Positions 1 to 7,401 of a stretch of 49,190 nt of DNA are shown piece by piece. The notes under the pieces were generated by a model. It searched no databases, had not been told where the DNA came from, and worked only from the letters and a program-made list of their open reading frames with translations. Source of the stretch: Dehalococcoidales bacterium (GTDB lineage: Bacteria > Chloroflexota > Dehalococcoidia > Dehalococcoidales > JAFGLR01); contig JAFGLR010000027.1 in NCBI GenBank assembly GCA_016927955.1, forward strand, positions 1-49,190. The letters run 5' to 3'. Both the position numbers and the translations under genes were made by a program. How positions within the stretch are numbered: position 1 is the first letter of the stretch; the number at the start of each line of letters is the position of its first letter.

Positions 1-72
1 TCCCCCTTTTAAGGCAACCACTATTTATCATTGTTTGCCTCTGTTACGGGGAGTATATCTTTTTTGGCACTG

Positions 73-2706
73 CTATGCAACAGAACCTTCTTTCTTTGTT
101 GCTACCACTCGGTAACATGTTACCTCCCGTTTATGAATAATACAGACCGGTATTTTTAATTGAGCCGCCGTTTTTAAGTCCTGCGGCGATGGTGAGGGGT
201 TAGTAGGATGCTCATGTACCAGGGCGTGTATTTTGCCGTTATCGCAGGTCAGCGGGATGCTGATAGAGTGAGCCTCGCCGGTAATATCCGCCTGTTTACG
301 GAGCTGCCCGCCGGCCTTACATACCAGGTAACCCGTCTCTTCTTCGAGCCTAACCTGCACCGAATTTGAGATGGCCTTCTTGACCTTTGCCGGCACCGTT
401 TCATTCATCTGTGGTAGTACTTCTTTCTCCGCTGCGCCGTTTTCCACCGGTACGCCCATTTTCCTGAACTGCTCGACTTCCTGCTCGTATATTGTGCGAT
501 TTTCTTTGTCCAGTCGGATAATCGTCTTATGGACCGTCGGCTTGCCGTGGCAATGTCCGCCGACCCAATGCTGCCCTTTACGGCAACAAATAAAGACCAT
601 CAAATGCGGGTCCGGTTTCAATACCCGGAACGTGCCCGGCCGGCACTCTTTGGAATCGATATAATGCTTGACGATAGAATTAGGATAAATCTCGATTAAC
701 TTCGGCACCGGCTTTTCGTTCAACTTAACGATGTCCTGGATACTAAAAAGACTTTTGTAATGCTCATTTTCATCCGCGGCGATATGATTAAATACCCGCC
801 CGACTTCCTTATAGCCGCCCTGGGCGGCCTCTTTCGCCAGCTCTTTATACCGGCGGACCGCACCCTGCTCGTCTTCCATTAAATACTTGACCGCAGCGAT
901 TAACCGGCTGGTATTTTCCCGGTTGAGGTCGAACAGCTCCGCCAGTACCATCAAAGACCGGACTGCACTATCGAATAGGTGCTCTTTGGTCGCTCTGGAT
1001 TCCGGCATAAAGCTGCCCTGGGCGGGCGGTGGGCTATCGATGACTTTCTGTGCATAGCCGGACAATATACCGGCGATTCGCTTGCCGGACCGGCTGTGCT
1101 CATCCAGAGCCTTGAGTATTTTCTCCTGGAACGGGTTTAATTCCCGCTCCAGCATCGATGATTGATTGAGATATTTCTCCACGGTCATGCCAGGCGTTTT
1201 TTTAATTCCGCTGTAAACGGAGACGGCCTTCGCCATATCATCGCCGATGATATAATCCGGGTCCCGCTGGCCGGATAGTGCCATGCTTTCCGCTTTGGCC
1301 AGCATGCCGAGACTTCCTGTAATGCCATTAAAGATATTCTTGACGTTGACGTCGGTCGACTCGAAGTATTTCTCCGCTAACCGGAGGCCTGTATCGCCTT
1401 TAAACGTGGCAACGAATAACGCCATCGCCGCTCTCCGGACGCCGTCCTGGGATAACTGGCCCTGGGCATCTACGAGTCTTGCTTGCTCATTCGCCGGCAG
1501 CTTGTTTAAAAAAGCTGTAACAAAAGATTTGTTCCGCGCGGACCGTATCGCGTCTTCGATTCCCTCGCCCTCGAGGACGTTTAAACCGTTTAGCATTTCG
1601 GAGGTTATCTTATCCGCGTCGGTACGGGCTTTCTCGATAGCCGATGATTCGATGGCGGCCGGGGCGTTGGCTTCCTGGGCGAAATCCTTTAGCGACACTT
1701 TGGTCAGCAGCTCCCGGACGAGCACCGGCATTTTTAGCTTTTCGACTTGTTTCGTCTCTATACCATAAGCCGGTGCGATTTTTAGCAGTGCCTTGCGGTA
1801 AGCGGCATATTTGTCCGGGAAATTGCCGGCTGCTAAAAGCAAAGCCATAGTGCGACCGTTTCCGCTTAACACGTTATAATGAGCATCGATAATCGGAGCT
1901 CCCCGGTCGATGCTCTGAAAATCGACCAGTAGTGCATCAGGTTCTAAATTTTGGCTTATATTCTGCACCTGGAGCCGCTGGGCTGCCCGTTCCCGAATAC
2001 GTGGTTGCAATTCCGCCGGATATTTCGGGTTAGGTGTGAAAGTATGCGGGTCATGTGACACGTTCAGCTTATCGCCCTCGATAATACGGTACTCAAAATC
2101 GTATTTTGTGACGCCGGTCTGGCCGAAAGCGGTGGTTTTATTGCTGACGGTCCGCTTTTTAGCGTCAACTTGCTTCAACAACTCGTCGATGGTGTCCGGC
2201 AGCGACTTTATGGACGGTGATATCGCCTCTGTTTTCTCAGTATGTGTTACCGTGAAAGAGCAGGTATTGCTTTTACAATTGCCCTTGACCTTGACCATTG
2301 GGTATTTTTCGAAGAGATTTGCGATAACGTCCTCTTTTAAATGGGCTTTCGCATTGCAACTATAATAAACCGGCTCGATTTGCTTTCGCCAGTTCCGCGA
2401 CCATTTCTCGAGGTCGGGCCAGGTGCCGCCCTTACAATAAATCGTCTTGGCTTTGTTGTGGTATTCGAGGGCTTCGGTATTAAGGTCGGCCAATATTTTG
2501 CGGTGTGCCTCGTCCATCAAGGCCGTTTCCCGGGCCAGCGATGACACCATTAATAGGTGTTTCCCGAGGCAGTATTCCGGTGGGTCCAGCTCTACCTGGT
2601 TACACGGGCAGGAATCGTCGCCGGCGTGCAATGTAACATGGGAAAGCTCCTCGATTAATGCCCGGTACTGCCAGGTTAACATGTCGGCCGATGATTTTGT
2701 TTTCAT
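73..2706 (-). CDS. Polyvalent multidomain protein: DdrB-like ParB domain, ferritin-like ExxH motif, C-terminal JAB/MPN domain
   Basis: aa~200-335 SHD..NP.YP.ELQPR.R...GAPII....VLSGNGRTMAL...PVLVR (DdrB-like ParB). aa 610-650 EDEQGAVRRY...IAADENEH (ferritin/rubrerythrin-like). aa 790-843 E...HEHP....PSPQD (JAMM-like). Confidence 0.8.
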   Translation of the reverse strand: MKTKSSADMLTWQYRALIEELSHVTLHAGDDSCPCNQVELDPPEYCLGKHLLMVSSLARETALMDEAHRKILADLNTEALEYHNKAKTIYCKGGTWPDLEKWSRNWRKQIEPVYYSCNAKAHLKEDVIANLFEKYPMVKVKGNCKSNTCSFTVTHTEKTEAISPSIKSLPDTIDELLKQVDAKKRTVSNKTTAFGQTGVTKYDFEYRIIEGDKLNVSHDPHTFTPNPKYPAELQPRIRERAAQRLQVQNISQNLEPDALLVDFQSIDRGAPIIDAHYNVLSGNGRTMALLLAAGNFPDKYAAYRKALLKIAPAYGIETKQVEKLKMPVLVRELLTKVSLKDFAQEANAPAAIESSAIEKARTDADKITSEMLNGLNVLEGEGIEDAIRSARNKSFVTAFLNKLPANEQARLVDAQGQLSQDGVRRAAMALFVATFKGDTGLRLAEKYFESTDVNVKNIFNGITGSLGMLAKAESMALSGQRDPDYIIGDDMAKAVSVYSGIKKTPGMTVEKYLNQSSMLERELNPFQEKILKALDEHSRSGKRIAGILSGYAQKVIDSPPPAQGSFMPESRATKEHLFDSAVRSLMVLAELFDLNRENTSRLIAAVKYLMEDEQGAVRRYKELAKEAAQGGYKEVGRVFNHIAADENEHYKSLFSIQDIVKLNEKPVPKLIEIYPNSIVKHYIDSKECRPGTFRVLKPDPHLMVFICCRKGQHWVGGHCHGKPTVHKTIIRLDKENRTIYEQEVEQFRKMGVPVENGAAEKEVLPQMNETVPAKVKKAISNSVQVRLEEETGYLVCKAGGQLRKQADITGEAHSISIPLTCDNGKIHALVHEHPTNPSPSPQDLKTAAQLKIPVCIIHKREVTCYRVVATKKEGSVA

Positions 2707-2709
2707 AAC

Positions 2710-2922
2710 TCAATCCTTTGCTGCACTATCCGCCATTGCGAAAATTAAATTGGTTACCTCTTGGATGGCCTTCCTTTTCTCCCGGTTTTCCCGTTTACGT
2801 AATCGAGCGTTCTTTCTCCGTGCCTCTCTGCCCTGGGCGGCGGCCAGTTGCCGCTTAGCCCGGGCCAGTTCCGTTTTAAGGCTGGCTACCGGGGATGACC
2901 GCTTTGGTAAATTGCTCGACAT
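2710..2922 (-). CDS. Small, highly basic helical protein (possibly nucleic-acid binding)
   Basis: 70 aa, R/K-rich. Fills the gap between the 290-aa and 877-aa ORFs and ends 3 nt before the next start. Confidence 0.55.
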   Translation of the reverse strand: MSSNLPKRSSPVASLKTELARAKRQLAAAQGREARRKNARLRKRENREKRKAIQEVTNLIFAMADSAAKD

Positions 2923-3748
2923 CGATGCCCGCCTTCTTCATTTTTTCCATCGTCTGGTATAATTGCCATGCCCGCCCGAAATCTCCGGCAAAGACTTCCT
3001 GTTTCGCCGGCATAAAGATGTCTTTTAATGTTTTAACGCCCTCCGCGTTTTCCGAGACGAGTTTCAGAATTTCCCCGATAATGCTCATACGTCCGGACTG
3101 CGGCACCGGCCCGCCCGGATTGCCAGCTCCGCTGCCGGCTGCTGGCTCTTCTTTGACGGCATCAATAAGTGATTGCTTCAATGCCTCGCCATTTTTTTTA
3201 AACACCTCTTCAGATGCCGCGTCAATCATATCCGGCAACTTTTTCAGATATTCGGCGATAGCAGTATTTATTTTGCCGGCCATCGTCTCCGCCATCGTCC
3301 CGGCAATACGGTACTGGACTTTATCGATAAGCTCATTTTCTACCGGGTGAGGAATGATTGCCGGAAGCTCTTTTAAAATCGGCGGTAATAATGCCGCGAC
3401 TAATTCATCCAGAGTCGGCATAACAATTAATTTCTTAACCTCAGCGGCCACTTCCGCCGCGGTCGGTACCGGTTTAGCATCCATTCCTTGTAAAGTGGGC
3501 GGTAATGTTTTAATAACCTCAGCGGCGATATCGGCAGCCGTGGGTGGTTCTTTCGAAGGTGGCAGCCGCTTTAATACTTCGTCACAAATACGGTCAAGCT
3601 CGGTCTGGCCTAGCTCCGCAGCTGGAGCCGGTGACGGCTGCCGCTTGGCAACCTCAGCAGCAATAACATCGATTAAACTATCAATGTCGATAAAATTGCC
3701 ATACTTGGCTTTTATCTCTTCGGGGGTCATTTTCTTTTTAGGAACCAT
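2876..3748 (-). CDS. Hypothetical protein with proline-punctuated helical repeats
   Basis: 290 aa. RBS AAGGTG upstream. Repeats such as PTAADIAAEVIKTLP and PTAAEVAAEVKKLI. Confidence 0.75.
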   Translation of the reverse strand: MVPKKKMTPEEIKAKYGNFIDIDSLIDVIAAEVAKRQPSPAPAAELGQTELDRICDEVLKRLPPSKEPPTAADIAAEVIKTLPPTLQGMDAKPVPTAAEVAAEVKKLIVMPTLDELVAALLPPILKELPAIIPHPVENELIDKVQYRIAGTMAETMAGKINTAIAEYLKKLPDMIDAASEEVFKKNGEALKQSLIDAVKEEPAAGSGAGNPGGPVPQSGRMSIIGEILKLVSENAEGVKTLKDIFMPAKQEVFAGDFGRAWQLYQTMEKMKKAGIDVEQFTKAVIPGSQP

Positions 3749-3763
3749 CGCTCACCTTCTTGC

Positions 3764-4150
3764 TTATTTCGTTAAGGTAACCTTGATAACTCCCGGTTGG
3801 CCGCTGGTATCCGGCCCTGGTACGGTCGGAACGGTTACGGATTCTCTTATATCCAACTCCTCGTGCAGTAACGCCCGGCCTTCCGGTGTCAGGCTTTTAA
3901 CCCATTCGCTGAAATAAACCGCGCGGTCTTCCGGGGAAAAATCGGCGATAGACTTCGGGGTTTTGGCCAACTCTTCTTTTAGAGTGGCGTTTTCGGTTTT
4001 CAGGGCATCGATATCGGCGTCTTTCTGTTTGATTATTTCTTCATTCAAAGTCGCGGAGGGTTGCTTGAACTGGTTTAATACTTCCTCCGGTACCGACAAG
4101 TACATCGTCCCGTCCTGTCTCTTCAAGATTGGAATTTCTAATTTGTCCAT
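3764..4150 (-). CDS. Hypothetical coiled-coil protein
   Basis: 128 aa. GGGAGG RBS before the ATG. Heptad-like stretch IDALKTENATLKEEL. Confidence 0.75.
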   Translation of the reverse strand: MDKLEIPILKRQDGTMYLSVPEEVLNQFKQPSATLNEEIIKQKDADIDALKTENATLKEELAKTPKSIADFSPEDRAVYFSEWVKSLTPEGRALLHEELDIRESVTVPTVPGPDTSGQPGVIKVTLTK

Positions 4151-4289
4151 TATTTGCCTCCCTGGTATTCACTATTTCATTCGCCTCGCTCGGGCGCATA
4201 TCGTGGCTGAAAATTAGATGGTATAACAGATTAGCTTTACGCGAGAAAGCCGTAGGGCACAGGGTACACACAACATACCTCTTACTCAT
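4041..4289 (-). CDS. C2H2 zinc-finger protein
   Basis: CTLCPTAFSRKANLLYHLIFSH matches C-x2-C-x3-F-x5-L-x2-H-x4-H. First ORF downstream of a sigma70-like promoter. Confidence 0.7.
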   Translation of the reverse strand: MSKRYVVCTLCPTAFSRKANLLYHLIFSHDMRPSEANEIVNTREANNGQIRNSNLEETGRDDVLVGTGGSIKPVQATLRDFE

Positions 4290-4333
4290 TTGCCAGTTAT
4301 CCGATACATCCGATAAATCCCATATTTAGCTAA

Positions 4334-4363
4334 ACCATAGAACAATAGTGCTAATATTGTCAA
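4334..4363 (-). promoter_or_regulatory. Putative sigma70 promoter of the element operon
   Basis: TTGACA (4363-4358), an 18-nt spacer, then TATGGT, about 45 nt upstream of the zinc-finger ORF. Confidence 0.5.
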
Positions 4364-4517
4364 GGTTTGAGGCTAAAACTGCAAATCCTTCCAATTTTAA
4401 CGTGTTTTTAGGCATTTATGCGCCGGTAAACGGTTTTTCAAATCAGTTATTGTCAAGTATTGAGCCTGACACAACAGATAAACTGGCGGCGGGGGTGTAT
4501 GTATGCGCACGGAGTGA

Positions 4518-4590
4518 TAAGGAAAGTGTAAGGAAAGTGTAAGGATTTTAGAAGTGAGACGACATAATAATGTAAGGAAAGTGTAAGGAA
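4518..4590. repeat. Phased 11-bp direct repeats TAAGGAAAGTG (iteron/operator-like)
   Basis: Copies start at 4518, 4529, 4540 (partial), 4573 and 4584 (partial). An AT-rich tract follows. Confidence 0.85.
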
Positions 4591-4737
4591 TATTGAGAGT
4601 AATAATAATTTACTTAAAGCTAAAAATATTAATTCCTTCCATTCTTATCACTAAAATTTAATACCCACCCCTCTAATGCACGGTGTTAACCGGCGCAGTA
4701 AGTAGAGTAAACACCATTGAAAAATGGTTTTTGAGAT

Positions 4738-5685
4738 TTATTTTATATGTAGATTATCGACCGGGCTAAATGGACGTTGTTTTATCGCGGCCTCTTCGCA
4801 GCTGATAGTTTTTACATATTTATACGTCATATCCCGGGTACTGTGGCCCATTAAGTTCTGAACATCCAGCTCATTGGCACCGTTCCGCAGCGACATTGTC
4901 CCGAATGTATGCCGGAAAGTATGCGGCGAGCACCGGACGTCCTGGAGACGGGCCAGCCGGGCCAACTGCTGAATTGCCGATTGCACACCGCGCCACTTTA
5001 GCGGCCGGCGTTCCTCGTTAACCCATAAACAACCGAGACCGTCTTTCCGGAGCAGCAGGTATTTAACCAGGGCCAGCGCCGATTTCTTGCCGAAAGATAC
5101 CAATCTCTCCTTTTGCCCCTTCCCCATGACCCGGATAAAAAAGCGGTCGAAATCGATGTCCGCGAGCTGTATGCCGGCCAGTTCTGACAAGCGCAGACCG
5201 GTATCGGTAAAAAGTAAGACGATAGCCCGGTTACGGACCCCGAGAAAAGTACCGGCAGGGCAAAGGTTTGCCAGGGTTTCGATATGCTCCGGTCGAAACG
5301 GCTTGATAATGGTCTGAGGCACTTTAGGCGGCCGCATGGGCGACATCGGGTTTTTTTCGATAACCTTAATTTCGTCGCTGGCCAGCCAGTTAAACCAGAC
5401 GTTAAGAGTGCCGTAATGGCTGTGGACCGTCCCTGGCTTGTGATTTTCCTGCAGCGCGGCAATATAAAGCCGGACGTGCATCGTGGTGACCTGGTCGAGG
5501 TAGTAAAGCCTGCCGTGGTGGCAGCACTCGATGAACTTTCCGATTTTTTGGGCGTAATCGATTAGAGTTTTCGGGGATAGCCCGTCTGTTTTCCGGGAAA
5601 GTAAAAATAATTTTAGATGCGTGGCCAGTTTGCCATCATTAAGGTTTACCAGGGAAGGGGACAATATAGATTTAGAATCAAACAC
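4738..5685 (-). CDS. Tyrosine recombinase/integrase (XerC/D-like)
   Basis: Catalytic residues R (TGLRLSE), K (GKGQK), HxxR (HTFRH), H (LMGH) and Y (YKYV) are all present. Likely GTG start at 5685 behind a GGAGGAG RBS. Confidence 0.95.
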   Translation of the reverse strand: MFDSKSILSPSLVNLNDGKLATHLKLFLLSRKTDGLSPKTLIDYAQKIGKFIECCHHGRLYYLDQVTTMHVRLYIAALQENHKPGTVHSHYGTLNVWFNWLASDEIKVIEKNPMSPMRPPKVPQTIIKPFRPEHIETLANLCPAGTFLGVRNRAIVLLFTDTGLRLSELAGIQLADIDFDRFFIRVMGKGQKERLVSFGKKSALALVKYLLLRKDGLGCLWVNEERRPLKWRGVQSAIQQLARLARLQDVRCSPHTFRHTFGTMSLRNGANELDVQNLMGHSTRDMTYKYVKTISCEEAAIKQRPFSPVDNLHIK

Positions 5686-5700
5686 CGCTGTAACTCCTCC

Positions 5701-5763
5701 ATTAATGTGCGTTAGAGCACACACGGCTGAGTGTGAGATTTTGCCGTATTAATGTGCGCTAGA
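5701..5763. repeat. 16-bp direct repeat pair near the att site
   Basis: ATTAATGTGCGTTAGA (5701-5716) and ATTAATGTGCGCTAGA (5748-5763) are 15/16 identical. Confidence 0.75.
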
Positions 5764-5804
5764 ACGCATATTTTCCGGCTACCAGCGGCATTTTAGAATC
5801 AAAG

Positions 5805-5878
5805 TCGGGGTGGACGGATTTGAACCGTCGGCCACCTGAACCCCATTCAGGTGCGCTACCAGGCTGCGCTACACCCCG
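5805..5878 (-). tRNA. tRNA-Pro(GGG); CCA not encoded
   Basis: Minus strand reads CGGGGTGTAGCGCAGCCTGGTAGCGCA-CCTGA-ATGGGGT-TCAGG...GGTTCAAATCC...CACCCCGA: a full cloverleaf with anticodon GGG. Confidence 0.97.
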
Positions 5879-6103
5879 TCAACCAGCGTTTTTATATTAG
5901 CATAATTACCGTTCATTTTTAAAGTCAGCCCAACGTACGAATGTATTACCATCTTATTCGGGACAAATAAAACGTTATCCCGATATGAAATTGTTCGCCG
6001 AATTGAAATCGTCCCCTATTTCGGTTATAAATATAGTTATACAATTGTTGGAAAGTATTAAGATATTATAAACGGGATTTATCTGTAGTTACGGAGAGAT
6101 AGA

Positions 6104-7393
6104 GTGTCAAAAAAACAAATCGAAAAAATGCAAAAAGAGTATACCAAGCCCCAGCTTTCCCGCTGGCAGCAGCAAAAAAAACGCCAGCGGATAATTATGT
6201 TCAGCGGCATCGCGTTAATTGCGGTGGTTATAATAGGACTTTTTACGGCATGGTTTATGGAAGAGCAATGGCCGTATTATAAAACGGTTATAAATGTTAA
6301 CGGCGAAAAGATAACCATGAGACAATATGTTAATACACTAAAAGCTATGAGTGAAGGTCAAGACGAGAATCTCATTTATAATTATGCCATGCAGGTGGAT
6401 TCTTTAATGGCGCAAACTGAAATACTTAAGCAGGCAGCCGCTGACGTAAATATTACGGTTACTAATGAAGAAGTTAATACCAAACTCAAAGAATATAACC
6501 TCACTGAAGGCTGGGCAACATATATTAGAATGCAGCTGCTCTCCGGAAAAATGCTAGAAGAATATTTTATACCTCAAGTACCTGCAACCGTAGAACAACG
6601 TGACATCGAGGTGATGTTTTTAGAGAGTGATGCCCAGGTTAATGCAATCAGAGCGTTACTTGATGAAGGGCAGAGTTTTGCAGACCTGGCTGCACAATAT
6701 TCCCTGGATGATTATTCAAAGAACCAAAAAGGTGCGATAGGGATGCACCCTAAAGAAATATTTATAAATTTACTTGGCTCAAATGTTCCCGGGGAATATG
6801 CCTTTTCCAGTGATACCGGCAGTCTGAGCCAGGGGCGTCCCGATGCCGACAAAGAAAAAGCGGTAGGTTACTGGTTAATTATGCTTATTGAAACAGGCAC
6901 CGGAGAATATGAGGGTCAGGCTAATGTTAGGGCAATGTTGCTGGGCAGCGAAGCGGAAGCTAATCAGGTACGTAAGGATATTGTAGAAAACGGGCAGGAT
7001 TTCGGCACTATAGCTGACGAGAAATCTCAGTATAGCTCCGGCGGTAAAAATGGTGGTCTAATCGGGTTTGTCAGTGAAGATTCGGAGATATTCAGCGCTG
7101 CATTTAAAAATGCTGCTTTTAGTCTGGAAATCGGTGAAATTAGCCAGCCGGTTAAAGATATTACTATGACCACTAAAGGCGGCTCCTGGTTAATAAAAGT
7201 AGTTGGTGCTGACAGTGATGCAGCAATTTCAGATGAGGATAAAAACACAATAGCCAATGCTTTATTTGAGCTATGGTTCCTATCGGCACAAGCTAATGCA
7301 GTAGTTGTCGATTCAATATCGGCTACGGATGTAATTAATGGTAATGAGGGAGCTCCTATTTTCTGGGCTATATCTAAAGTAATTGGTGATTAA
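6104..7393 (+). CDS. Membrane-anchored SurA/PrsA-like peptidyl-prolyl isomerase with two parvulin domains
   Basis: N-terminal TM helix. Parvulin motifs FADLAAQYSLD...G and FGTIADEKS...GGLIG...F..AAFSL..GEISQPV. Confidence 0.85.
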   Translation: MSKKQIEKMQKEYTKPQLSRWQQQKKRQRIIMFSGIALIAVVIIGLFTAWFMEEQWPYYKTVINVNGEKITMRQYVNTLKAMSEGQDENLIYNYAMQVDSLMAQTEILKQAAADVNITVTNEEVNTKLKEYNLTEGWATYIRMQLLSGKMLEEYFIPQVPATVEQRDIEVMFLESDAQVNAIRALLDEGQSFADLAAQYSLDDYSKNQKGAIGMHPKEIFINLLGSNVPGEYAFSSDTGSLSQGRPDADKEKAVGYWLIMLIETGTGEYEGQANVRAMLLGSEAEANQVRKDIVENGQDFGTIADEKSQYSSGGKNGGLIGFVSEDSEIFSAAFKNAAFSLEIGEISQPVKDITMTTKGGSWLIKVVGADSDAAISDEDKNTIANALFELWFLSAQANAVVVDSISATDVINGNEGAPIFWAISKVIGD

Positions 7394-7401
7394 GGGGTAT
7401 C

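Larger units (their letters stand above)
1..5804 (-). mobile_element. Integrated virus-like/integrative element (right end), inserted at the tRNA-Pro 3' end; continues beyond the left edge of the window
   Basis: Tyrosine integrase directly downstream of the tRNA. Co-oriented, tightly packed hypothetical ORFs, including a polyvalent protein. Coding DNA looks more GC-rich than the flanking core (by eye). An RBS-like AAAGGGGGA at 1-9 on the minus strand suggests another gene just outside the window. Confidence 0.85.

Noticed and set aside
371-4329. Multiple plus-strand ORFs of 66-187 aa across the element
   Set aside because: They are antisense shadows of the minus-strand genes, with no motifs or convincing RBS.
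4348-4542. 64-aa plus-strand ORF
   Set aside because: It runs through the promoter and repeat region and has no recognisable features.
4518-4590. Repeats as a CRISPR array
   Set aside because: The units are 11 bp and mostly contiguous, with no unique spacers and no cas genes.
5686-5724. Longer integrase start given in the ORF track
   Set aside because: A strong GGAGGAG RBS points to the GTG at 5685.
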